Below the pieces are notes generated by a model. It was not told the DNA's origin and did no database searches. It saw only the letters and a program-made list of their open reading frames with translations. The translations under genes were made by a program, and so were the position numbers. From an uncultured bacterium (GTDB lineage: Bacteria > Bacteroidota > Bacteroidia > Bacteroidales > Bacteroidaceae), in the NCBI GenBank assembly GCA_945869305.1, contig CAMBOH010000002.1:698-64697 (forward strand): a stretch of 64,000 bases of DNA, given 5' to 3'. How positions within the stretch are numbered: the stretch's first letter is position 1; every line of letters starts with the position of its first letter. This document shows, one piece after another, positions 9,106 through 17,621 of the stretch.

Positions 9106-9678
9106 TTAAGACATCTGCCTGGCGACCTCGCACAGCTCATCGTACCAGGCCTGGCCGAAGCGGCGGACCAAGGGGGCCTTCAGAAACTGGTAGATCTTCA
9201 GGTCCAGCTCGCGACCCTTGCGCACCGCGTCGCGACACACCTCCCAACGGTGGTACTGCAAGCCTACGAGGCCTTGGGCGAAACGCTTTTCGCGAATGGG
9301 GTAGAGGGCACAGGAGATGGGCTTGCTCCAGCTGGTGCGCCCTTCGCGGCACGCCTTGTCGGAGGCGCAGTAGCAGCAGCCGTCGGCCCCGTAGCAGGTA
9401 AAGACGCAGTCGCGGCCGTGCACGATGCTGGTGACGAGGTCGCCCTCTGAATCGACGTAGGCCACGCCTTGCCTGTCGATGAGATGCTGTGCCTCGGCAC
9501 TGAGGTCGGGCCACACTTCATCGAGCACATTTTCCATCTCGGCCACCTCTTCGGGCAGCAAGGGCGCACCGCTGTCGCCTTCCACGCAACACGCGCCGCG
9601 ACAGCTCTCGAGGTCACAGCAGAAACACTCGGTCAGGATTTCGGAGGTAAGGATGACGTCGCCTACTTGGAGTATCAT
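9106..9678 (-). CDS. DUF3109-family cysteine-rich protein
   Basis: FCCDLESCRGACCVEGDSGAP, KPISCALYPIR and LVRRFGQAWY. Confidence 0.85.
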   Translation of the reverse strand: MILQVGDVILTSEILTECFCCDLESCRGACCVEGDSGAPLLPEEVAEMENVLDEVWPDLSAEAQHLIDRQGVAYVDSEGDLVTSIVHGRDCVFTCYGADGCCYCASDKACREGRTSWSKPISCALYPIREKRFAQGLVGLQYHRWEVCRDAVRKGRELDLKIYQFLKAPLVRRFGQAWYDELCEVARQMS

Positions 9679-9736
9679 GGGAGTTTGTGGGGATTATGGG
9701 GTGAGGTATGGAGGGGGCTTACCAGTTGATGGGCGT

Positions 9737-10399
9737 TTACCAGTTGATAGGCGTTTGGCCGTGGGCTATCAGGTAGTCGTTGCAGCGGCTGAAGTGGTGG
9801 TTGCCGAAGAAGCCGTGGTAGGCTGAAAGGGGCGAAGGGTGGGCCGAACTGAGCACGAGGTGACGGTTGCGGTCGATGACGCGGCCTTTCTGCTGGGCCG
9901 AACTGCCCCAGAGTATGAACACGAGGTGGTCGCGGCGGGTGGCCAGGGTGTCGATGACCGCGTCGGTGAAGGTCTCCCAACCCTGACGCTGGTGGGAGGC
10001 TGCCTGGTGTGCCCTGACGGTCAGCGTGGCGTTGAGCAGCAGTACGCCCTGCTCGGCCCAACGCCGCAGGCTTCCGTTCTCGGGAAAGGGACGGCCCGTG
10101 TCGTCCTGTATTTCGCGGAAGATGTTGACGAGCGAGGGCGGCATCTTCACCCCCTCCTTGACCGAGAAGCAGAGTCCCTCGGCCTGGCCCGGACCGTGGT
10201 AGGGGTCCTGGCCGATAATCACGACCTTCACGCGCGGAAAGGGACAGAGGTTGAAGGCATTGAATATTTCCGGTCCCGGCGGGTAACAGGGGCCTTTGGC
10301 ATACTCGCTGCGTACGAAGTCGGTGAGGGTCTTGAAGTAGGGGGCGTCGAACTGGCTTTGCAGCAGGTCGGCCCACGATGGCTCGATGTTCACTTTCAT
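9737..10399 (-). CDS. ung: Uracil-DNA glycosylase
   Basis: GQDPYH, GVLLLN and HPSPLS motifs; start MKVNIEPSW at 10399. Confidence 0.96.
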   Translation of the reverse strand: MKVNIEPSWADLLQSQFDAPYFKTLTDFVRSEYAKGPCYPPGPEIFNAFNLCPFPRVKVVIIGQDPYHGPGQAEGLCFSVKEGVKMPPSLVNIFREIQDDTGRPFPENGSLRRWAEQGVLLLNATLTVRAHQAASHQRQGWETFTDAVIDTLATRRDHLVFILWGSSAQQKGRVIDRNRHLVLSSAHPSPLSAYHGFFGNHHFSRCNDYLIAHGQTPINW

Positions 10400-10606
10400 G
10401 CGCGCAAAATTACGCCAAGCTCTCAGGCGGGCCAAGCCTGACAGAGGGTTTTTGGACTCCGAACCCCAAAATGGACCGCACGAAGCGCAACAACACCCAT
10501 GGCTGCGAGACCCGGCAGCACACAAAAATGCCATTTGGGCGGCCGGAGTGTCCGCTCAAATGGCATTTTCCATAAACTGGTGGCCCTGGCTGAGGGCAGC
10601 GTGCCG

Positions 10607-12775
10607 CTATCGCAGGTAATCGTCGAAATAGCGGGTGATGCGCTCGTGCAGGTGTACCATGTCCTGGCCCATCATGTTGTGGCCCTGGCCGGGATAGACG
10701 AAGTAGTCGGGCTGTGTGCCGGCATCCTCACAGGCGCGGAGGAAGGACAGGCTGTGCTGGAGCACGCAGGTGGGGTCGTTGTAGCCCACGATTATCTGCA
10801 GGCGGCCCTTCAGGTTCTTGGCCTTGGGGAGCAGGCTGCTGCCCGCGTAGCCCTCGGGATTCTCCTCGGGGGTGTCCATGTAGCGTTCGCCATACATGAC
10901 CTCGTAGTACTTCCAGTCAATCACCGGACCGCCGGCCACGCCGACTTTGAACACGTCGGGATAGCTGCACATGAGGTTGGTGGTCATGAATCCGCCGAAC
11001 GACCAGCCGTGTACGCCGAGGCGGTCGCCGTCGACGTAGGGCAGGCTCTTGAGGAACTTCACGCCTTCAATCTGGTCGGCCATCTCGTTGTCGCCGAGGT
11101 GGCGGTGGGTCACGCTTTCGAACTCAAAGCCGCGATTCTCGGAACCACGGTTGTCGAGCACGAAGAGCAGGTAGCCGCGCTGCGCCATGTAGACCTCCCA
11201 AGGGCGGGCCAGATAGTTCCACGATTCGTCGACATTGTGGGCGTGCGGACCTCCATATACGTAGACCACGGCGGGGTACTTCTTCTGCGGGTCGAAGCCC
11301 ACAGGCTTCACCAGGCGGTAGTAGAGGTCGGTCTGGCCGTCGGCGGCCTTGATGGTACCGCTCTCGACGGGCGGCAGGCCGTTGCCTGCATAGGGGCTCT
11401 GTGCCGTGTGGAGCTGGAGCTGTGAGGGCTTCACGGTGCTCACGAGGTCCACGCAGCGGTAGGTGTCGGGAGCCGACCAGCGGTCGAGGAGGAAGGCGCC
11501 GCTCTCGCTCAGCTTGGCGTAGTGGACGCCGCGGCCGTTGTCGAGCAGGGTGCGCCGGCCTGTCTCTACGCTCACGCTGTAGTGGTTGTAGCGGATGGGA
11601 GAAGCTTCGTTGCTCTGGATGATGACGCTCTTGGTCTTGGTGTTGAAGCCGAGCACATCGAGCACTTCAAACCGGCCTTGGGTGAGCTGGCGGAGTTCGT
11701 GTCCCTCAGTGTCGAAGAGGTAGAGGTGGTTGTAGCCGTCGCGACGGGACTGGTAGAGGAACTTGGTGTCGTCCCAGGGGAGGAACCTGATGGGGTTCAT
11801 CGGCTCGACGTAGCGGCTGTTAGTCTCGGTGTAGAGCACCGCCTTGCGCTGTCCCGTGGCGGCATCGTAGGCCACGAGTTCGGCCTTGTCCTGCGTGCGC
11901 GGCAGCTCGATCATGTAGACGGTGCGCTCGTCGGGACTCCAGGCTATGTTGGTGAAATAGCGGTCGGTGGGGTCGCCGGCCTGGAGGTAGACGGTCTTCT
12001 GCGTGGCGGGGTTGTAGATGCCCACGGTGACCTTGTGGCTCGTCATGCCGGCCATGGGGTACTTCTCGGGGGCGAGCTGGGCCACACGGTGGTCGATGTC
12101 GACGAGGGGGAAGTCGGTCACCATGGTCTGGTCCATGCGGTAGAAGGCGAGCAGGCTGCCCTTGGGGCTCCAGAAGAGGCCCTTGTGGATGCCGAACTCG
12201 TCGCGGTGGACGCTCATGCCGTACTGAAGCTCGCGGCTGCCGTCGGTGGTGACCTGAAGGGTCTGGCCGTCGGCGCGGGTCACGTAGAGGTTCCAGTCCT
12301 TCACGTATGCGGTCTGGCGGCTTTGCTGTTCATACTCGCTGGCCTGGACCTGTTCGGCCACGGGCTGCTGCCACACCACCTTCCGGGCTTTCCAGTCGTA
12401 GAGGAAGCGGACCTTGGAGGTGGCAAGGAGGCAGCAGGTCTCCTTGCCCGAAGTGAAGCGGTGGGACATGAGGCTGTAGACCTTGCCCCACTTGGCTGTG
12501 TCGATGGCAGCATTGACCTGGTCGAGGGTAAAGAGCACCTCTGGCTTCTTCACCTTCCGTCCCTTCTCGTCAGCCAGGGTCCTGACCTGCTCCACATCGA
12601 CTTCGAGCAGGCGGTCGCCCCAGAAGGAGGTGTAGAGACTCTTGGGTTGCAGCTGCCAGTAGCTGGAGCCGCCCCACATCAGTTCGTCGAGGGAGAATTG
12701 CTTGGTTTGCTGTGCCATTGCGGGGAGAGCGAGCAGCAATGCCACGACTGCGCTCGACAGTTTATTCAGTTTCAT
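10607..12775 (-). CDS. S9B prolyl di/tripeptidyl peptidase (DPP-IV family)
   Basis: DPPIV N-terminal propeller, GWSFGG nucleophile elbow and YPGQGH; signal peptide. Confidence 0.93.
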   Translation of the reverse strand: MKLNKLSSAVVALLLALPAMAQQTKQFSLDELMWGGSSYWQLQPKSLYTSFWGDRLLEVDVEQVRTLADEKGRKVKKPEVLFTLDQVNAAIDTAKWGKVYSLMSHRFTSGKETCCLLATSKVRFLYDWKARKVVWQQPVAEQVQASEYEQQSRQTAYVKDWNLYVTRADGQTLQVTTDGSRELQYGMSVHRDEFGIHKGLFWSPKGSLLAFYRMDQTMVTDFPLVDIDHRVAQLAPEKYPMAGMTSHKVTVGIYNPATQKTVYLQAGDPTDRYFTNIAWSPDERTVYMIELPRTQDKAELVAYDAATGQRKAVLYTETNSRYVEPMNPIRFLPWDDTKFLYQSRRDGYNHLYLFDTEGHELRQLTQGRFEVLDVLGFNTKTKSVIIQSNEASPIRYNHYSVSVETGRRTLLDNGRGVHYAKLSESGAFLLDRWSAPDTYRCVDLVSTVKPSQLQLHTAQSPYAGNGLPPVESGTIKAADGQTDLYYRLVKPVGFDPQKKYPAVVYVYGGPHAHNVDESWNYLARPWEVYMAQRGYLLFVLDNRGSENRGFEFESVTHRHLGDNEMADQIEGVKFLKSLPYVDGDRLGVHGWSFGGFMTTNLMCSYPDVFKVGVAGGPVIDWKYYEVMYGERYMDTPEENPEGYAGSSLLPKAKNLKGRLQIIVGYNDPTCVLQHSLSFLRACEDAGTQPDYFVYPGQGHNMMGQDMVHLHERITRYFDDYLR

Positions 12776-12804
12776 TATGCTTGCTTTAAGGTATGATTCG
12801 TTTG

Positions 12805-14340
12805 CTACTCACTGTCATGGCGTGGACGGCGCGGCCCTCCCTTGCGGAATGCGTCGCGCTTGTAGCCTTCCTTCTTCGTGCCGCCGCGGCCGCCGCTCCA
12901 ACGTGCATCGCCATCGCGGCGCGGTCCGCCCTTGCGCGGTGCTCCACCCGTACGTCCTTCGCTGCGCTTGCCGGCGGGGCGGGGCGTGCGGGGCGCGAAA
13001 CGGCTGTCCTGGAACTCGCGGTGCTTGCGGCGCAGCAGGAGGTATTCGGGGTCGAGGTCATCGTCGGTCTCATAAGCCATGCGCGGCTCTTCGTCGCCTG
13101 TGATGCGCTGCTTGAACTCGTCGCGGCGGGTGCGGAAGCGGGTGCGGTCGCTCATCAGGCGGCGCTCCTCGTCGGTCTTCACTTCGCCGCCTTCGGCACG
13201 GTACTGGCCGAGCTTGCCTTCAAACAGCTGGTACTTGCGGAAGTCACAGTCTATCTTGCCGTTGAAGATCTGTACCTTCAGGCTGGCACGCAGTCCGATG
13301 TTCTCGAAGAGTTCCTCCTTCGAGGAGATGATCCAGGCTTCGCCTCCCGAGAACTCGTGTTTCAGGCTCTTGCCGATGGTCTGGTAGAGGCTGATGAGGT
13401 CGGGCGGGGTGAGGCGTTCGCCGTAAGGCGGATTGGTCACCATGATGGCGGGCTGTTCGGGGCGCGTGAACTTGCGGAAGTCCTGCTGCTGCACCTGCAC
13501 GATGCTGTCGACACCGGCACTGCGCACATTCTTCATGGCAGCCTCGACGGCGTGGTAGTTGAGGTCGTAGCCGTAGATGCGGTGGCTGAACTCGCGTTCC
13601 TGCGAGTCGTCGTCGTAAATCTGTTGGAGCAGTTCTGCGTCGAAGTCCTTCCAGCGCTCGAAGCCGAACTCCTTGCGGAACACGCCGGGATAGATGTTGC
13701 GGGCCATGAGGGCGGCCTCGACCAGGAAGGTGCCTGAGCCGCAGAAGGGGTCAATGAAGTCGCAGTCGGCCTTCCAGCCTGTCAGCTTGATGAGTCCGGC
13801 TGCCAGGACCTCGTTGATGGGAGCCTCGACCGTGGCCACGCGGTAGCCGCGCAGGTGGAGGCTTTCGCCCGAGCTGTCGAGCGAGAGCGTACAGTCCTCG
13901 TCGGCAATGTGGATGTTGAGCTTGACGTCAGGGTTGGTGATGCGTATGTTGGGCCGCTCGCCGGTCTGGTCGCGGAAGTAGTCGACAATGGCGTCCTTCA
14001 CCTTGTAGGCTACAAACTTCGAGTGGCGGAACTCGGAAGAGTAAATCACCGAATCGACGGCAAAAGTGTTGCTCACATCGAGATACTGGCTCCAGTCGAC
14101 ACTGCGCACGGCCTTGTAGACCGCATCGGCATCCTGGGCACGGAAGTGCTTGATGGGCTTGAGAATGCGCACAGCCGTACGCAGACAGAAGTTGGCCCGG
14201 TACATCATGGCCTTGTCGCCGCTGAACGACACCATGCGGTGGCCTATCTGCACATTGTTGGCACCCAGCTCGGTCAGTTCCTGGGCCAATACCTCTTCCA
14301 GACCTTGGAAGGTCTTGGCAATAAGTTCGAATTCTTGCAT
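12805..14340 (-). CDS. THUMP-domain rRNA methyltransferase (RlmL-like)
   Basis: SGESLHLRGYR, DPFCGSGT and NPPYGER; Arg/Gly-rich tail. Confidence 0.92.
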   Translation of the reverse strand: MQEFELIAKTFQGLEEVLAQELTELGANNVQIGHRMVSFSGDKAMMYRANFCLRTAVRILKPIKHFRAQDADAVYKAVRSVDWSQYLDVSNTFAVDSVIYSSEFRHSKFVAYKVKDAIVDYFRDQTGERPNIRITNPDVKLNIHIADEDCTLSLDSSGESLHLRGYRVATVEAPINEVLAAGLIKLTGWKADCDFIDPFCGSGTFLVEAALMARNIYPGVFRKEFGFERWKDFDAELLQQIYDDDSQEREFSHRIYGYDLNYHAVEAAMKNVRSAGVDSIVQVQQQDFRKFTRPEQPAIMVTNPPYGERLTPPDLISLYQTIGKSLKHEFSGGEAWIISSKEELFENIGLRASLKVQIFNGKIDCDFRKYQLFEGKLGQYRAEGGEVKTDEERRLMSDRTRFRTRRDEFKQRITGDEEPRMAYETDDDLDPEYLLLRRKHREFQDSRFAPRTPRPAGKRSEGRTGGAPRKGGPRRDGDARWSGGRGGTKKEGYKRDAFRKGGPRRPRHDSE

Positions 14341-14392
14341 TTCGCTCTGAATGGTCTGTTGGTGGGGTGTGGGAGGTGAATGGCGGACGGGG

Positions 14393-14842
14393 TCAAGCCA
14401 GGAGTTGCTTCACGAGGGCTGAGATGGCCTTGCCGTCAGCACGGCCGGCCAGCTTCTTTGTGGCCACGCCCATCACCCGGCCCATGTCCTTGGGCGAGGT
14501 GGCTCCTGTCTCGTCGATGATGGCTTTCACTTCGGCTTCGAGTTCTTCGGGGCTGAGTGCCTTGGGAAGATATTCCTCCACCACCTGGGCCTGTGCTGCC
14601 TCCTCCTCGGCGAGGTCGGGGCGGCCCTGCTCGGTGTAGAGTGCAGCGGTGTCGCGTCCCTGCTTGGCGAGCTTGGCCAGGATTTTCAGGGCGGCAGCAT
14701 CTTCGAGTGTGTCGTTGGCACCGGGAGCTGTCTTGGCTTCAATAAAATATTTCTTGATGTTGCGCAGCGCCTGCAGGCGGACTTTGTCCTTTGCCTTCAT
14801 GGCTGCCACAATGTCTTTGCTCACTTGTTCGAAAAGTGTCAT
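14393..14842 (-). CDS. GatB/YqeY domain protein
   Basis: AMKAKDKVRL, YLPKALS, KDMGRVMG and GRADGK. Confidence 0.93.
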   Translation of the reverse strand: MTLFEQVSKDIVAAMKAKDKVRLQALRNIKKYFIEAKTAPGANDTLEDAAALKILAKLAKQGRDTAALYTEQGRPDLAEEEAAQAQVVEEYLPKALSPEELEAEVKAIIDETGATSPKDMGRVMGVATKKLAGRADGKAISALVKQLLA

Positions 14843-14854
14843 CTTGTGCTTATG

Positions 14855-16144
14855 TTAAGGGTTATGGTCGTTGTCAAACACGATGGTCGCGGGCCCGGCT
14901 GCGTCTGTCGTTCCGCTCTGAGGGGTTTCCTCCCTGTCGCGGAGGGTCTCGGCCAGGCTTCGGAGTTCCTGCAGGTAGGCTCCGGTGCGCAGGCGGGTGG
15001 GCACGGCATCGACACGTTCCTGCACTTCGGGGTTGTCCAGGTCATCGGCACTGTAGAGGTAGACGTGGGGCCGCGTGCGTGTCTTGTGGGGAGTCGAGGC
15101 GTAATAGCGGTTGCGGCGGGCGTCCTGTTCGGGCGTGCTCTGGTATTCCGGCTCTGGCTGCCTGTTGCGGGTCTTCTTGGCATAGAGGCGGAAGCCTGAG
15201 GCGAGGATGGTCACCTTGACCTTGGCGCCCAACGAGGCGTCCTGGGCCAGGCCCCACTTGGTGCGGATGTCGGCGCCGAAGCGTTCCATGAAGGCCGTCA
15301 TCTCGTTCATCTCGGCCATGGTCAGCTCGCTGCCTGCTTCGGTACTCATGGTCAGCGCAATGAGAATGCGGTCGGCGCTGTACACGTCGTTGTTGTTGAG
15401 CAGGGGGGAGTGGAGGGCCTCGTCGATGGCTCGGGTCACGCGGTTCTCGCCTTCGGCAAAGCCTGTCGACATCACCGCCACGCCGCCTTCGGAGAGCACC
15501 GTGCGCACGTCCTCGAAGTCCAGGTTCACGCGCCCGTGCATCGAAATGATTTCGGTGATGGAGCTGACCGCGGTCGACAGGGTCATGTCGGCCCGCTTGA
15601 AGGCTTCGATTACTGACTGCTCGGGGAATATCTCCAGGAGCCGCTGGTTGTTGATGACCAGCAGGGCGTCGACCTCCTTGGCCAGGGCGTCGAGTCCGTC
15701 GAGCGCCTTGTCGATCTGGCGTTCGCGCTCGAAGAGGAAGGGGATGGTCACGATACCTACCGTGAGGATTCCCTTCTTGCGGGCTTCTCGGGCGATGATG
15801 GGCGAAGCACCCGTACCCGTTCCGCCGCCCATGCCCGCCGTGATGAACACCATGTGGGTCTCCTCGTCGAGAGCCTCGCGTATCTTCTGTACGTTCTCCT
15901 CGGCCAACTTCCGTCCGCGCTCGGGCACTCCACCCGCACCCAAGCCGGGTCCGAGCTGCAGGCGGTCGGGCACGACGGAGTCGGCAAGGGCCTTCTGGTC
16001 GGTGTTCACCACCAAGTAGCGCACATCGGGTATCTGGTCCCTGTACATCTGGCCCACGGCATTGCCGCCACCGCCTCCCACGCCGATGACCTTAATCAGT
16101 TTCGGCGTGGCTTCGAATGCTAATTCTATCAAGTCGTCAGACAT
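14855..16144 (-). CDS. ftsZ: Second, diverged FtsZ paralog (FtsZ2)
   Basis: KVIGVGGGGGNAV, AGMGGGTGTG, T7 loop NLDFEDV, SPLLNNND and Bacteroidales-type DDLDN C-terminal motif; intact 429 aa. Confidence 0.93.
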   Translation of the reverse strand: MSDDLIELAFEATPKLIKVIGVGGGGGNAVGQMYRDQIPDVRYLVVNTDQKALADSVVPDRLQLGPGLGAGGVPERGRKLAEENVQKIREALDEETHMVFITAGMGGGTGTGASPIIAREARKKGILTVGIVTIPFLFERERQIDKALDGLDALAKEVDALLVINNQRLLEIFPEQSVIEAFKRADMTLSTAVSSITEIISMHGRVNLDFEDVRTVLSEGGVAVMSTGFAEGENRVTRAIDEALHSPLLNNNDVYSADRILIALTMSTEAGSELTMAEMNEMTAFMERFGADIRTKWGLAQDASLGAKVKVTILASGFRLYAKKTRNRQPEPEYQSTPEQDARRNRYYASTPHKTRTRPHVYLYSADDLDNPEVQERVDAVPTRLRTGAYLQELRSLAETLRDREETPQSGTTDAAGPATIVFDNDHNP

Positions 16145-16214
16145 GCGGGTGTGAGGTTGTTAAAGGGGAGAATGAATCATCGGGGCTTCGCGTCGCCACG
16201 CTGCCGGCCGTTTC

Positions 16215-17528
16215 TCAGAAGGAGATGACCGAGCCTGCCGTTGCGGCCTGTCCGAGTGCGCTTTCGGGTTCAATGGCCACATTGCCGTAGGCTTTGGCCT
16301 TGATGTCCGACAAGACCTCCTTCGAACGCTTGTAGGTGGGGGTCAGTTCCACCATCGAGATGATTTCTTCGTTGTCGAGGTCGTCAAGCCCGAAGAGGAA
16401 GAACTTCGGTCGCTTGCGCAGCAAGCCCTTCTTGTCTCCGCCGTAGAATCCCTCGCGGCGTTCTTCGTTCTCCTCCTGCTTTTCGACTTCGTGCTGGCGG
16501 CGCGACTCTTCCTCGGCGTCCAGCTTGTTCTTGATGCCCGGCACGTTGTTGATGCCGAATCCTGTGGCGAGGATGGTGATCTTCACCTGCTTGCCCAGTG
16601 AGGGATCGGTCGAGAGTCCCCACTTCGTCTCCACGTCGTCGTGGAACTTCGACATGAAGTCGTGCACCTCGTTCATCTCCTCCATCATCAGCGTGTCGCC
16701 CTCCTTCTCCGCACAGAAGGAAATGGAGAGCAAGACCTTCTTCGAGTTGAAGATGTCGTTGTTGTTGAGCAGCGGCGAGTGGAGGGCTGCTTCGATGGCC
16801 TTGCTCACGCGGTTTTCGCCCTCGCCGTAGCCAGTCGACATGATGGCCACGCCACCGTCCTTCAGCACGGTGCACACATCGCGGAAGTCGAGGTTGATGA
16901 TGCCGTGCATCGTGATGATTTCGGCAATGGAGCGGGCTGCCACACTGAGGGTATTGTCGGCCATTTCGAAGGCCGAGAGCACATTGAGCTCGGGGTATAT
17001 CTCGCGGAGGCGTTCGTTGTTGATGACGAGCAGTGCGTCGACGTGCTTCGAGATTTCTTCGACGCCGTCGAGAGCCTGGTCAATCTTCTTGTTTCCCTCA
17101 AAGCGGAAGGGGATGGTCACGATGCCCACCGTGAGAATGCCCATGGCCTTGGCTTCGCGGGCAATCACCGGGGCTGCGCCCGTACCGGTTCCACCGCCCA
17201 TACCCGCTGTGATGAACACCATCTTGGTGCCGTCGTTCAGCATGTTCTTGATTTGCTCCACGCTTTCCTCGGCTGCCTCGCGTGCCCTGCCGGGCCGGTT
17301 GCCGGCGCCGAGTCCTTCCTTGCCCAGTTGCAGGCGTGAAGGTACGGGCGAGTCGGTCAGGGCCTTACTGTCGGTGTTACACACCACGAAGTTCACGTCG
17401 TGGATGCCTTCGCGGTACATGTGGTTCACCGCATTGCCGCCACCGCCTCCCACGCCGATAACTTTGATGATTGAGGGCGTAGTGGTGGGAATGCCCATGT
17501 CTATAAGGAGTTCGTTGTTGTCTTCCAT
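16215..17528 (-). CDS. ftsZ: Cell division protein FtsZ (canonical copy)
   Basis: GVGGGGGNAVNHM, GGGTGTG, PFRFEG, NLDFRDV and DDLDNEEIISMVELTPTYKR. Confidence 0.97.
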   Translation of the reverse strand: MEDNNELLIDMGIPTTTPSIIKVIGVGGGGGNAVNHMYREGIHDVNFVVCNTDSKALTDSPVPSRLQLGKEGLGAGNRPGRAREAAEESVEQIKNMLNDGTKMVFITAGMGGGTGTGAAPVIAREAKAMGILTVGIVTIPFRFEGNKKIDQALDGVEEISKHVDALLVINNERLREIYPELNVLSAFEMADNTLSVAARSIAEIITMHGIINLDFRDVCTVLKDGGVAIMSTGYGEGENRVSKAIEAALHSPLLNNNDIFNSKKVLLSISFCAEKEGDTLMMEEMNEVHDFMSKFHDDVETKWGLSTDPSLGKQVKITILATGFGINNVPGIKNKLDAEEESRRQHEVEKQEENEERREGFYGGDKKGLLRKRPKFFLFGLDDLDNEEIISMVELTPTYKRSKEVLSDIKAKAYGNVAIEPESALGQAATAGSVISF

Positions 17529-17621
17529 TCGAAATGCAGATTTGCTTGTTTCTGATTCTGTCTACCTATGTCAGACCGGCGTTAGCCGCCAGAGGTTCTG
17601 TCTGTGTGACTACTCTTCGTC

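Noticed and set aside
14855-17528. ftsZ tandem as an assembly artefact
   Set aside because: The copies differ across their length in DNA and protein, and both frames are intact.
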